Source of the DNA: Amoebophrya sp. A120
Lineage: Eukaryota; Protista; Dinoflagellata
DNA: 64,000 nucleotides
Assembly (NCBI GenBank): GCA_905178155.1
Contig: CAJINV010000001.1
Span: forward strand, 5,347,645-5,411,644
Direction: 5' to 3'
Below the pieces are notes generated by a model, which had not been told where the DNA came from, did not search any database, and was given only the letters and a program-made list of their open reading frames with translations. A program made the position numbers and the translations under genes. Positions 1 to 13,600 of the stretch are shown here, piece by piece (position 1 is the first letter of the stretch; each line of letters begins with the position of its first letter).

Positions 1-3000
1 CTTTGCTACCATGGCACCTTCGGCATTCCGATCTGTTCCGTCCTTTTTCGGAAGATAGACGACTCCGACCTGCACGTAGTCCGGACTAGAGGAGTCGATT
101 GTCGTAACGGTGACCTGCTTCTGCTGCTGGGAAGCTTTGCGCTTCTGCGCTGCGGTCTGCCGTGCGCGAGGTTCGGGAAAGTGTTCCTCTGCCAACGAAA
201 CAAGGCGGGCAAAATCTGGGCTATCGGGCGAATAGCGGTGCGCATAGATCAGCTGCACAAATTTTCGCATACACCGCTGCCAAATGACGGCTGCAGCTTC
301 CTCCTCGTAGAACGAGGCATGCTGGAGCAAATCAGTTGCGCACCCTTTTAGTACATCCCGCACTTTAATCAGATCACGCATGTTAAAACTTTGCGCCCCG
401 ATCTCTCGCGCATCAGCCAAATTCTGGACGCTGGCGTGAAACTTCATGATTTGTGGGAGGTACTTTTGCATGATGGGACCCAATCCGGGCGGCAGCTCGT
501 CGTAATACAATTTGCTCACAATTTCCCCTAGCTCCTCAGGCCCGTAGTCTTCTACGCTGACAGTAACGAAGAGGTTCTGAATAGAGCGCGACAGCTTATT
601 TCTGTTTCCGCCAGTGGACACTGGATTCATCGTCGCGAAAATCACCGGCCGACGCAGGCGGTCGCCAAACGCAAGCACCTCATCCTTCCCAGGAATTCGA
701 AAAAAACTGATTCCACGGTCAAAAAGAGGCGCAATCGCGTCCAGAACTTCGGGCGGCATCAAATTCATTTCGTCCAGGATAATCCAACGCCCCTGCTTTA
801 CGGCTCGCAGGAGCGCGCCATCGCGCCACCGAAAGACCCGACGCCCGCTGGAATCGCATTCCGGAACCGTGCTACCGAAAAGCTGCTCCAGGCTGGTGGA
901 TGCGGAGCAGTTGATGCGTTCGTGCTCATGTCCGCACAGTTTCGAAGCCTGCTTCGGGCACTCCGTCTTTCCCACACCGGGCGGTCCAACCAAAAGTTGC
1001 GGCGCCGGACTGTCCGACGAAAGACCGACAAAAATTCGCAAGAGGTTCCGCAAAAGTGTAGGTGTCGCACAACAGTAGAGGCGATCCAACATCTCGTAGC
1101 TCTTCGGGGATGAGGTGCTTGGGCTCGCCGCAAGTGGCATGGCGACGGACCCATTGTAAGAGAACAACATGTGAGAGTCGTCGGAAAGAAAAAGATCTTT
1201 CAAGTCCTGGGGCACGGGTGGTGATGTGAAAACTGTTTCCTCGGCGCCGAGCCACTTCTTCGCAATTCTCTCCGCCGCTGCTGGTGTCAAACTATCGAAG
1301 ATGAACGAGCGCGCAGCCATCAGCAGCTTCAAGTCTCGAACTTTCGCGGCTTCTTGCGACGTAGAGTTACTCAACCGCTGAGCGCAAAGAAAGTCAACGA
1401 TTCGCAACATCGTGCGAAGGTCGAGAGGAAACGAAGAACATTCCTCGTCACTCGCCACCAGCTCCTGCAGCTCTGCAAGCCTCCCCGCAAACCAATCTGC
1501 GTTTGCTGGTGAAAACACCTTGTCGCGACGGAGTTCCACCGCTGTGACATCCTTAATGTCCTTCGGTTCGTATGCCGGCACGTGAATCTCGGTGAAGCGA
1601 GACAGTGTGGCTGGACTGAGCTTGAGTCGACTTGCATCGCCTGCTACGTGAGCAGTAGCGAAAACTTGAAAGGACTGGGGCACGCGAACGTTGCAGCTGC
1701 ACTTCGCAGAAACATCTTCCGTAAGATTTAGCATGCGGTCTTCACACTCCAGCACCGGGTTGATCCGCTCGGTCACAGCTTGGCTCGGAAGATGAAAATC
1801 TTCCAGGCGCAAGGCAGTTCCTTGCTGCACAGCTTCGGTAACTGGTCCGTCGCGAAAGAGGAAAAGCATGTCGCCTGCAGACGCACCACCAAAGGCGGAA
1901 TCACGGATGAGTTTGATGCGATCAAGCAGCAGATCACAGTGCTTATCAGTCGCAAGTTGCGTCAATGCCTTTAATAAAATATCCAGAGCTGCTAGCAAGT
2001 CCTGCTCCTCCTTGCTGTCAACCCGAAGTGCTGTCGAGGATGAGCTCGTTGGCTGCTGCGAATCTTCCGCTGCTCGCGACGAACCTTCTGGCTGCTTGTT
2101 GTTCTCGTTTGCTTGAGGCATCGACACATCACCTTCCACCTTTTTGACGTCGTTCTTTGCGGCCGGCATTTCTGCCTTCGCAGGGACTTTTTTGTTCTCC
2201 TGCGAGTCGGAGTCACTACTATACCCATCGCTGAAGTCCATGTCCTCATCGTCTTTTAGCATCGATGCTGCCGGGGCGGCAGGAGCCTGGTCTTTTGGCG
2301 GCTCCCGTTCTTCACTTTTCACACTGACGACTTCCATCTCGTCGTCGACGGAGAGAAAATCTAAATTACTGAGGAAGTCCGCGTCGTCGACATTGCCTGC
2401 TGGTGGCGCGTTCCCACTCGCTGTCCACATTTTCTCCACATCCTCTATTGTTGGATTTTCCTCGATGTCCAGCAGCGACGAGCTAGAGGACACTCCTGGG
2501 AGTGTCCGAAGAACATTTTGCTCTTCCTCTCGTAGGCGCTGGCGCTCCTGTTCTTTCGCCATGGGATCGTGGTCGACAAAAATGTAGCGGTAAGAAACGT
2601 CCTCGGCATCTTCGTCCTCTGCGCGAGCGGCTTCCTGCAAGGCTATCGCTATGCGCTCTTCCTCCTGTAGCAGTGCCTGCGCGAACTTGGAATACTTCTG
2701 GAGAGCCTGCTCACAATGTGCTTTCTGTTGCTTCCAACCACCGCCCCCGTCAGCGAAGGCCTCGCACCGCTTGATGATGCTAGTTGCTGTCCGTTCCACG
2801 TAAACCAGAGCGCTAGCCTTGCTCCACGGCGTAACCTGGCCCAGCAAGCCCGACGCTTCCGTTTCGGCGGTCAGGTGCACTGTGGGCAACGACGGCTGTC
2901 CCATGACGTCCGCAAAAGCTTGCAGAATCTCTGATTTGTGCCCTGTGGGGCCATATAGCAGCACGGGTTCGGAGTTCAAGCTTGCGAATGCGATGCGAGC

Positions 3001-6000
3001 AAAGGTTCGTTGGAAAACTTCCGGGGGCTCCTTCCCCTTCTGCCAGTGCCGCGAGCGATTCAGCTTCCCGCCCCGTATCTTAAATTCCACCTGACCGTCT
3101 TTTACACTAATTCCATCCGAGTTCTGCTCCAGCTTGATATTGCTTTGTGCGTTCTCCTTTTTGTCGGGCCCAGAAAACAACTTCTTGCCGAAAGCGCTGC
3201 GGAAGCTGTCTTTAATCGTCTCTAGCTGGAGCTGCCCGCTTTTTGTGGTGGTGGAAATTTTCTGCGAAAGAAGGAGATAGCCAACTTGCGGATTTAGCAA
3301 GAAGCTTGCGCTATTCTGCCCCGTCGTTGCGGCATCACGATCAATCCACTTGATCAGGGCGCGGAGAGTGATTCGCGCAGTCTTGGACGTAGCGCGCGCA
3401 TTCAGCTCGTGGTACAGTTTGGCCAAGTTTGTCGCGTCCTTCTTTGACAACTTCAAATCCGGCCGCTTGGCGTACTGCCTCTTCAAAAGAATCTCCGCTA
3501 GCTCCGTTTCGGGAAAGTCAGGGACTTGGACCTCCAAAAAGCGACTGCGAATTGCCACCGGAAGCCGAGCACGCCCGGAATACGATGACGGATTCTGTGT
3601 GGCAAAGAAACGAAATCCTGGCGGCACGACGATGGTTCGGTAGCCCGGAACATGGAACAATCGCTGCCCTTCGAGCACGGGCGCCAGCAGACTTAAAATA
3701 CCGGGTGGGGCAAGGTTAATCTCATCCGCGAGAAACCACTTCCCATCTTCCAAGGCCCGCACCAGCGCGCCGCGCTGGTACTGCAGTCCGCGAGACCCGA
3801 TTTGCATCCAGCAGCCCAAATAATCCTGCGCGGTGGTGCTGTCTGTATTGTTGACATGCTCCAAGCCGTGCATTCCCTCGGGGCGCCGCGCGGCTAGCGA
3901 TTGAATTAGCGAGGTTTTTCCGACCGAAGCCGGTCCCTCCAGCAGAACAGGCTTTCCGATTTCGATGCTGCACAACACGGATGCCGCGAGGCTTCGGCGC
4001 GAGACCGTAAGTACATGCCGACTTCGTTCGGGTGCGTTTTTCTGTGCAGTGTTCGAAGTCGTAAGCGCGCTGACCAGGTCCAATTCTTCGGCTACTTGCT
4101 GCGTATCGTATTTCTGAATCTTCTTCGGAATTTTTGCAACCTCTAACAAATTGCTTTTGCCGAGCATGTCCAAGACGCAGAACTGAAGAGCCTGAAAAAG
4201 CACTTTGTCCGGATCCTGATCGGGTAACTTGTTCCGCAACGACCAGTAGCAGTCAAGCAAACTGACGATCGTTCGGGTCGTGATCTTAGCTTCCGGGTTG
4301 CTATGCCGCGCTCTTCCGCTCAAAATCCAACTCCAGACACCCCAGCCTACATTTACAACGGTCGTCAAATTCTTTGCTTCCTCCCCCGTGACAGCGACGG
4401 CCAGCAATTTCATCTCCGCCTTAAACGCTTTCTCCTCCGCTGCCATACCCTCTAGAGCCACAATTTGGAATCGATTTGCCATGGCCGGCGAAAGTTTCTG
4501 CTCCGCCGCGTGGCCGCCAGTTATGGTCGCGACGACTTGAAACGCCGGAGACACGGGCACCTCGTCTTGCCCTCCTTTCTCGGCGAGAAACAAGAACGGA
4601 GGCACTTCGAGCACCGGGTTCATCCGCTCCGCAACCGAAGCGTCACAATCGTGTAAGTTGTCCAAACGAACCCAGCCCCCGTCCCGGGCGACGTTTGTCA
4701 GCTGCCCGTCGTTCCACTCGATCACAGTTCCTCCGCCGGCTGCGGGACTGAACTGACCAAACAAGGAACAGACTTCCGTTTCTGGTGTCAGGCAAATGCT
4801 GGTGATTGGTTTTCCCAGAAGAAGCGCTATGATGCGCACCAGCTCGCTGCAGCCAGATCCACTATCGCCCTTAATCATGATGGGCTGTTGCGGATTGCGC
4901 AAGCTCCGTAAGAACCCGGCCATGGCGGCAATGACGCGCGGCGACAACATGAAGGGAACCTCGGCCCTGACGTGCTCAATATTCTGCTGCTCGGCTCGGA
5001 GCAAGAACGCTTGTTCCGCTGGACTGAAGGACTGTCTCTTTTCGGTCGACTTGGAGGACCCCCGCTTTGTGGATGTGGCAGCAGAAGCGGTCTTCTCGAT
5101 TGTAAAATTGTCTCTTGCAGCTTCGCAAAAAACTTTGTCTAAGACCAATTTGCTTTCCGCGTGCCGAACTTTGGCTCGGTAAAATGCGCAACCAACGGAA
5201 AGAACTTCTTCTTCGGACTTCCGTGTTCGCTTCTCTGCCAGCCTCATCCACTCTGAAAACCAACCTGCATCGATTCGGTAGACTCCGTAAATGTCGATGT
5301 GCGTCTGTGCCAGTAGTGCATCGCATGCTTTCTGGTGAACCTGCCAGTATCGTTTCATCCACGGAGTCTCGCTGTGCTCCTGCGGCATAGTCGCTGGAGT
5401 GCGCGGTTGCGTGAATCCGCCGACGCGCAAATGCTGTGATGTCAAACTCCACTCCGTAGCACGCAGATCCGTTTCTGAAAATTCCTTGAAGACGTCCTGG
5501 ATTGCAGCTTTCAGTGGCTCCTGCGGCACGCGGCCAGAGTAATGATACCAGGCTTCGGAAGCCAGCGCGCGACCCACCGCATCATCCCCACCGCGTTGCA
5601 GCGCGGCGAGCTCCGCACGCAAGTACGGCACCCAAGCATGTACTGTACGAAACGTAATATCTGCCAGGGGACTGCTCTGGCTCTGCGCGGCAACTGCACT
5701 GGTGCCCGCAAGGAGACTGCGCAGCTTGTCGTGGAACTTCACAACCAGAAGTGCAGCTTCGTTTCGCGATGCCTTCTGAAAAACTCCCAAAGTAGAACTG
5801 TTCACTGACAAGAGGCCAGAGACGACCTCCTGGAGGTCCGACGCAGGTAATTCGAGAAATTCCACGACCCGAAAGTGTGCCAGAAACGCCGGCGATTGCT
5901 TTTCCCGCTTGCCCTTGTATTTTCCCGAGTTTGGATTCTGCGTAGCGAACAAACGAAAATCTGGGTGCATTCGCAGGTGTTGGGCGAAATCGGACTTGGA

Positions 6001-9000
6001 GCTGCTAGGATCCCGAAGAGTGATATTCTTCTGATCAAGAGCGCTTTCCAACGTGTGCAAAATTTCAGCCGGTGCCAGATTCAGTTCGTCCAACATCAGC
6101 CACTTTCCCTCCGTGAACGCACAGACGAACGGGCCATGAATGAATTCCATCGCGCCACTCCGGCCTAACACGAGCTTTCCGAAGAAGTCATCGTACTCAA
6201 TAGACCCCGACATGTTCATTCGAACCAGGTCCTTACCCCCTACGCGGGCCGCTTCTTGCACCGTCGCAGTTTTCGCGACCCCGGTAGCCCCCTGCAAGAG
6301 AAGTGGAGCGGAATCACGGGCAGCTTGCTGGACGATCTTCACGTTGCGCATGGTCGCCGGAGTTTGCACAAAGTGGTCCGATTTGCTCGCAGACACGTCT
6401 TTTCCACAGACCTCAGGCTTCAAGACAGCACGCGGGTCGCCGGCGTTCTTGCGCAGAAGGTTGCTTACTTCCACGAAGTGCTCGCGTAGAGACGGAATCG
6501 ATACCGCCTCCCCCCGCTGACGAGACCGCACCTCGTCGAGGTAGAAGGAGTCATTGGCTAGTAGTACATTGCTGCTCGGAAGCGACGCCCGCGAATCGCT
6601 TTTTCCAGACACGCTTTCCGCGAGAATTTTTAGTTGCTCGAGTTCTTCTTCGCTGAAGTCGTACAAGAACGCCATGATGCGAATCGCGCGAAACTTGGTT
6701 CCGCGAAACCATTGATGAACCTCAGCCTCTTCCGGATTTGGAAGCATCATTTCTATCCAGGTTGTGTCCAGACACCTGCACACATTTTTCAGGTTGGACC
6801 GGGAAGACTCGCCCCGCACAGATTCGATTTCGTTGCACACCATATCTAGCACAAGCCGTGCCGGTATTTCGTCGAGCGCCAAACACCTTGTCAAAAAATC
6901 TCGTGCAGGTCCATCCCTCGTTTCTGCATCGTCCACGGCATTGTCGGAAGTGTATAGGTACGCCAGCTGAAAAAGCAGCGGCAGGTAATCCACAGCTGTT
7001 TGTTCGTCCAAGCTTTCTTTGTGAGTGAAAAAAGACTTCTCTACTAGGCGTGACCGCATGCTTTGCATGGCTTCTTCTTTCTGCAGCTCCATGTCTAAGT
7101 CTTCGTCAGAAGTGGAGAAGGCATCGCGTCTGCTCAAAGAATGCAGTATCAGGGTTGCAGCGCGGAATAGTATGAAGGACTGCTGACTCGGTTGTACAGC
7201 CAGCAACTTCGAAACAAAGTCGAAAAGCATTTTCTCAGAAACTTTTCCGGCATCCTGCCATTCGCACTTGCTCCAAAAATCGACTGGGAGTGCGGTGATG
7301 AAACGTGACACCACCTCTAGGACATCCTCGCACGGCGAGTCCTCCGTTGCGCACTTGAGCAAGAATTCGAGAATTCTGGGGTTTTGCTTGTGGTGGCAAC
7401 CCCATCCCTTCAGCGCCTCAGGGCGCTTGGACACGACCTGAATAAGGTGCCACAATTCGCGATTCTTGCTTTCGGTCTTCTGCCCCACGTCGCACAGCAG
7501 AGTGAGAATGTCCAAATCGTAGACCAAAAAGAAGGTCAGAAACTTTTCCCAGCAGAGCGACAGCGGATCAGATAGCACAGAATTTTCATCGCCTGACTGC
7601 TCGCGTCCACCCGATACACCAACGGCGCCTGTTGGTTGTGGCTTCGTGGAGATCAAGAAGCCACGCAGCTTGTCCACGCAGGTCCTCAGCTTCCCCTGGA
7701 GCAGCTCCCGCTGCTCGCTGGCCAAGTCGTGTCCACTCGGCTGTCCCCCTGCGGCGCCGAGTTGCTCGCGCGAGTCTGCCGACCAAGTCGCGACAAACGC
7801 AAGCAATTTGCGAAGCGCTGTCTTGACCACGTCTCCTTCCTGCGTCCAGAAAGTTTTCTCTGACCCCTTCGACAAAGCTGCTGCATGCAAACAATGGAGG
7901 CAAAGAAACAGGATTAGGAGCGATCCAGAGGCTTCCGTGGGCGAAGTTTCCGCTGTGTCTTCCATCCGCCCACCCTGTACAGATTTATTTTTATGTTAAT
8001 GCATGCAAAGCGCCGATGTTTTTTTTCAACTTTACCGCGGCTCCTTGAATGCCAACTACATTTCACAATCAAACTCAAGGCCTAGAAGAAAGATTGCGAC
8101 CTTTACCTGCTGCTGCACCAACTCGATGACGAGATCGAAACCCTGCTTGACGCTTTCCTTGCAGCGCACCACGTCTGCCATTAGGTCCAGCAGCACCGCG
8201 CAGGTCGCCGCACCCAATGTCGAAGATGTTAACACCTGACGTTGAATTTCTAGGAGGCATTCGTCGCTGAGCAACGAATGCTTCTTGTGAACCATCTGCA
8301 AGAGCTGGGCCAAGCTTTGATCAGTGTTCGCCTCGTTCGATTTCTTGCACACGGCTTGCACGAGGGCATGCAGCATCTGGGGATTCTTCTCATCTGCGGC
8401 GATGGGGAGCGAGAGCTGCGACGTTTGATGGTGCTGAAGTAAACTGGGCAAGTAGTACTCTGCTAAATTCAGAAGAAGACGCTCCCGTGCCTCGGATTCG
8501 GTTGACACCCGGCCGTCCTGCAGCACTGGAACGACCACATGATCGTCAAAAATCAAAGCAGCCCCAAACACTCGCTTGTCCTGCAACTGAGTGTCGCGAA
8601 GCCGGTGCGACCCGGCTATCGCCTCTTGCAACCAGTCGGAGTCCTCGCGTGAATTGCTTGAATTGGCGAGGACCTTTTCGCGAAATATTTTGGCATCCTC
8701 ATCCTTTGTGCTGTCTCTAGCCTTCACTCTATCAAGCTTACTTGTGGTGAGAACCGCCCGAAACAATCGCTCCGCTGCCGCCCATTCGAGTTTGTCTGGA
8801 CCGTACGAGCCGTCCTTGTCCTCTTCTGACGTTGTGGCACAGGTCAACTGCAGCAGCTCGAGAATCGCAACCACTTCGGAAGGTTGTCTGGCACGCTGGT
8901 CCTTGGTGCCCTTTCTGCCCTCCCGCGCGATAGGGAGCAGCTGGACCAGCTGACTTCGAAAGCGCGCAACGCGACCTAGTCGAAGCGCCGTCTGTGCCTT

Positions 9001-9294
9001 GGCGTCACCGCTTCCATATCCATGGTAGAACCAATGCAAAAAAAGGCAGTAATCCCAGGCAACTCCGCTCGATCCCACGCTGGCAAAGACTTCCTTCGCG
9101 AGCTCGAGCGAGAAGACCTTGCGGAAAATATGCTTCTCGTCTTTGCTGGTCAACTCCGCCCTAGCAATCGCTCTACCTCCGACAAACGCAGAAACCTCCT
9201 GGCTAAACCTTTTTTCTCTATCAAGGCTTTTCTCCTGCTTCCATTCCACCAGAGACTTTTCAAGTGTCTCGATCGTGCAGCTTGAGCGGGCCAT
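1..9294 (-). CDS. Midasin (MDN1/Rea1)-like multi-module AAA+ ATPase, 3' partial (>3050 aa); exons 9294-8107 and 7974-<1
   Basis: Missing from the ORF track, apparently because it runs off the window. One minus frame, spot-checked as open from 7974 to 1, carries LLQGATGVAKT/WLMLDELNLAP (~6290/6080), VLLEGPASVGKT/WFLADEINLAP/FRFFATQNP (~3930/3720/3600), LLVGPPGVGKT/IILDEMNL/IFATMNP/FNMRDL (~980/770/630/380), plus degenerate P-loops at ~4870 and ~2950. A phase-0 GT-AG intron at 7975-8106 joins it to ORF 8056..9300. Confidence 0.85.
7975..8106 (-). other. Canonical GT-AG intron (132 bp)
   Basis: CAG|GTAAAG...GTACAG|GGT; AT-rich; joins the two frames in phase 0. Confidence 0.8.
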
Positions 9295-10075
9295 TTTCAA
9301 AGCACCGCCTCGGTTCTTTCACCGCTCAATACCAGCAGTCCGCTTCTGGTTCCATTGTGTAATCAAAACAAAAATCGAGTACTGTATAGAGTCTTGTCAA
9401 AATGTACCGGTAAAAATTCATAAATCAACAAAAACCTTGCCGAATCCAATAAATCGCATCTTCGAGTGCGCAGGCAGTGCACGCTGATGTCAGCACTCAG
9501 AATGCGTGCACAGCCTGCCTAGGTTTGATTCCTACTGGTGAAACAAATTGTATACTAAGCAGCCTTGCAGGTCGCCAATCTCGCCATCGTGTTCGTTGTA
9601 AAAACTAAAACTATTTCTGCAGAAGAGGGAAAGAAAATGAAATTTGCAGGAAGAAATAACAACCCGAGTAATGGAAAATGATACCGTCTAAGTAAAGCAA
9701 ACGATGAAAAAACCGCACAAAGCCTGATCTTTTTTTAGAGAGATGCTTCACAGATATCACGAATGGATCAATAGATCAGGAGCCGTCTTTTGACCAATCT
9801 GCGATCGCAGCAGTCTCGTCTACCGGAATCCAGTCTGCCGCCAGCAATACGGCTTTCACGTTTCATGAATATATGCTTTTCGTTCTTTATTTGATTACGA
9901 CTTGCTTCTCTCTTGCAGGTCTATCTCCCAACTCAACAAGTGCGGCCTCCAGTAGTCGTGACATGACTGCGGAATCTCGTCCAGATCAGTGTGGTCTAGA
10001 CATCACACTCGCTTTCCAGCTGACTTCCACCTTCAGCGGATCCTGATTGTTGTCGAACGCACCAAACGTAGCACG

Positions 10076-10147
10076 GAGTGGCACGTCGGAGTAGAGAAGC
10101 CTCTATCAGCATAGAGTGGCACGTCGGAGTAGAGACGCCTCTATCAG
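10076..10147. repeat. Intergenic tandem duplication, 38-bp period, ~2 copies
   Basis: gagtggcacgtcggagtagaga(a/c)gcctctatcag at 10076 and 10114. Confidence 0.9.
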
Positions 10148-10611
10148 AAAACAACGCTGCATTGATAACTTCTCTCTGCGAATGGGGAACGAACATTTGT
10201 GTGCTCCCCCGTTGTTCGGGGATAGATACTATATTTGGGCGGGGATAGGTAGCATCATGCTCCCCCGTTGTCCGGTGGGTAACAAGGAAATCGAAATACA
10301 GGGTAGGCTAAATAGCTTCCCTTGGTAATGGGAATCGAAACATGATGCAAGATAAATTTCCGAAATCAAAGAAGTATGACTATATTGTAAAGTAGAAATC
10401 CAAAACCCCTGCAAAACCGTGCAGAAGTCCTAGAGACTTTCTAACATGAAAGCGTTTTGCTATTACTAGCAAAAAATTTTTGGTTTCTAGAACTACAGCC
10501 AGAAAGGTTTCAATTCCTTCACTATGGCTTTTTTACCTCTAGCGAGGGCTACATACCTGCTTAGCACTTCGCTATTTCTTTCACAAATCCTTTTCAGCCG
10601 GCAGTACGCCG

Positions 10612-13600
10612 CTACTTCTTTCCGCCCTTGTTAATCGGGTAGAAACCTGGTGGTGGGCCCTTTCCGTTCGGATCACCATCGAACCAAAAGAAGCCGGGTG
10701 GGACAGCTTTGCCGCCTGGATCGCCCTTTTTCTGTGGGAGACCTTTTCCGCTGGGATCACCCTTATTCATCGGCGGGAGGCCTTTTTTTCCGCTGGGATC
10801 ATCCTTATTCATCGGCGGGAGGCCTTTCAGATCACCCTTGTCCATCGGCGGTAGGCCGCCTTTCAGATCACCCTTGTTCATCGGCGGAAGGCCTTTGCCG
10901 CTAGGATCACCCTTGTCCATCGGTGGGAGGCCTTTTCCTTTTCCGCTCGGGTCCCCTTTCATCTGTGGATCGAAGCCTGGGGGCATTCCTTTCCCGCCTG
11001 GACCGCCTTTCACCGGAAACATCCCGGGTGGTGAGGGTCCTCCTTTTCCGCCACCAGGAAAACCGCCCTTCATCGGATCGAATCCCACCGCACCTCCCGG
11101 CGGCAGTCCCTTTCCGCCGAAGCCCGGAGGACCCCCCGCGCCCTTGTGCGACGGATCCAACCCCCCGTTCGCGGCCCCTTCGGCCGCCTGGTCGTGCAGC
11201 TCCTGCTCCTTCGCGAACTTCAGGAACACCTGCTCCAGCGTCGGCTCGCCCACCCCAAAGTCCTCGATGATTTTCAGCGGGTCCTGCACGCACCACTTGA
11301 ACACCGAGGACAGGCGCAGCGACGATTTATTACCCTGCCCGCCCTTCGCCGCAGCACCCGCGCGGTCCACGTGCACGCCCAACCCCAGACACAGCCGCAC
11401 GCGGGCAGAGGAGATCGGGGTCTTTTCCAGTACGTGGATCTCCCCCCGGGGAATTCCGATGTTGTAGGACATCAGGGAATCCACCAAAAACATCTCCACC
11501 GTCTCCACGGAAAGCTCGTCCTTTCCCGCCACGGGCGACGCGATCTTCTCGTCGACAGACCGCCGAAACTGCTGCGAAAACCGCTGCTGCGGCATCGCGG
11601 CCGTGTTGTCGAGGATGGTGGACTTACTCTTCTTCTTCTTAATAGGCCCAGCTGCATTTTTAGTACTGCGTGGACTCCCCTCGCCCTCCGGGCCGCGCTG
11701 GAGTTGTCCCTTCTCGGAAAGAATATTCGCGCCTGCGAGGACTACGTCTCCGGAAAGACCACCGTCCTCCATTTGCAGAAACTCGTCCTCTGTAAAGTCC
11801 GTATCCGAGACTTCGCCCTCCGGCCGCGCCTGCTTGCCTCCGTCCCCACCGGCGATTGCACGCTGCGCGTCGGCCAGCGAGGCGCGCGGCGCCACGCACT
11901 CCTGCGTGAGCACGTGGCTGCGGGACTTCCGGGTCTGCTTGCCCAGGTTCAGCACCACCTCCAGGTGGTAGCCGTTGCCGTACACCTGCTTCAACCGCAG
12001 CGAGTCCCCCAGGCACTTGAGCCGGCCCGCGACCAAAATGCCGATGCGGTCCGCGGTAGCGTCGATCTCGCTCATGGAGTGGGAGATGGTCACGATGGTC
12101 TGTCCGGTCGGGCGGTTGATCAGCTTGTCCCACAGCGTGCGCTGCGCGCTGATGTCCACGCCCGCCGACATCTCATCCAGAAACACGATCGGGGGGTCCG
12201 TGATCATGGTCAGCGCGACCGACAACTTTCGCTTCATGCCGCCGCTGTACTCCTTGGTCGGGCGGTCCGCGTCTTTCTCCGACAGGCCCACCTCCCGCAG
12301 GAACCGCGAGATCCGCTCCTCCCCTGCGTCGCTTCTCTGCCGAGCGCGCGCGGCTCCACCCGCTTCCACGTCCAAGGGCGACGGCCTATTGAGCGGTGCA
12401 CCGCCTGGCGGTCCTGCCTCAACTACGTGGTCCGCCGTCTCCTCCGCGTAGAGCCCGGCGACCTGCGCGTAGATGCGAAGGTGGAGGCGGCCCGACACGT
12501 CGGGCCAAAGTTTGTCGAACTGCGGCGCCAGCCCCATGTGCTGCCGCGCGAGCTCGAAGCCGTCGTCCGCCGTGTTCTTGCCCAACCAGTGGATGCTGCC
12601 CAGGTTCGGCGGGCCGGTCTCGTCGTTCCCGCTCATCATGTTGAACAACGTCGTTTTCCCCGCGCCGTTCGGCCCGAGGAGGCCAAAACACTCGCCGGGC
12701 TGGATCCCCAGCGTGACGCCCTTGCTGGCCCAGTGCGGCTTTCCGTCGGGGTTCACGAACTTCTTGTACACACCCTGTACGTCCACGGCGTCCCGGTCCC
12801 GCGGCCACCGCGCCTCCTCGGCCGCCACATCGGCGTCCTGCAGCGGCTCCGGCCGCGGCAGCTCCTCCCTTGCGGCGCCCGCCGCCGTTACGCGCCGGTG
12901 CGCCAGGCACTTCTCGAGGAGGAAGAACAGCAGGACCCAGAAGGAGAGCACGTACACCGGCAGCCACACGCCCCCGAAGGCGGCCGAGCCGGGGGACCAC
13001 ACAGCGCTGCATTTTCCTCCGACTCCGGCACCCCACATCACCGCCAGCGGGCTGCCCTCCGGGACCGACCCCACGAAATAGTACGCGGCTGTGCCAAAGT
13101 GCTGCACGCTCTCTTCGGTGCCGGAAGTCGTAGAAGTTGTCTCGCCCGACGACGACAACTGGTCTCCCTGCTCCGGCTCTGCTCCCCCGCCGACCTCGGC
13201 CGACGATGCCGTATCTTCATCCGGGTTGAGGGTCTTGAAAGTCACGACCCCGGAGGGGGGTGGCGCTTCATGATAATCCACAACTGCTTCCTTTGAGTTT
13301 GCAGTTGCGTTAGTTGTTGCACTGTCTGTGAGCAGTCCCCGATCGGCGTTTTGGGCGCCATGGCCACGTTGGAGAGTTTGCACGAACGACGTTGGGCTGG
13401 TCTCCAGGAATGAGGAGAACCCACACGTGTCGTAGAGTTGCTTCATAAATTCTTGAGCCGGAGTTGTACTCTCTACGTCCTGATTAGTAACTGCTGCCCA
13501 GGCACTCTCCACAAAACCGGGGCCCTCCGACTCCGCCGACATCTGGTCCCAGTTCCGCGAGAAATACATTGTCAGGCATTGCGTACTCGGAGAGCCGGAT

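Noticed and set aside
1-7974. Apparent pseudogene or gene desert (only short ORFs in the track)
   Set aside because: One minus frame carries all the AAA motifs and was open wherever checked; it has no stop before the window edge.
10076-10275. Short repeats (38-bp tandem; tgctcccccgttgt twice) as a CRISPR array
   Set aside because: Two copies each, no spacer series, no cas genes, eukaryotic context.
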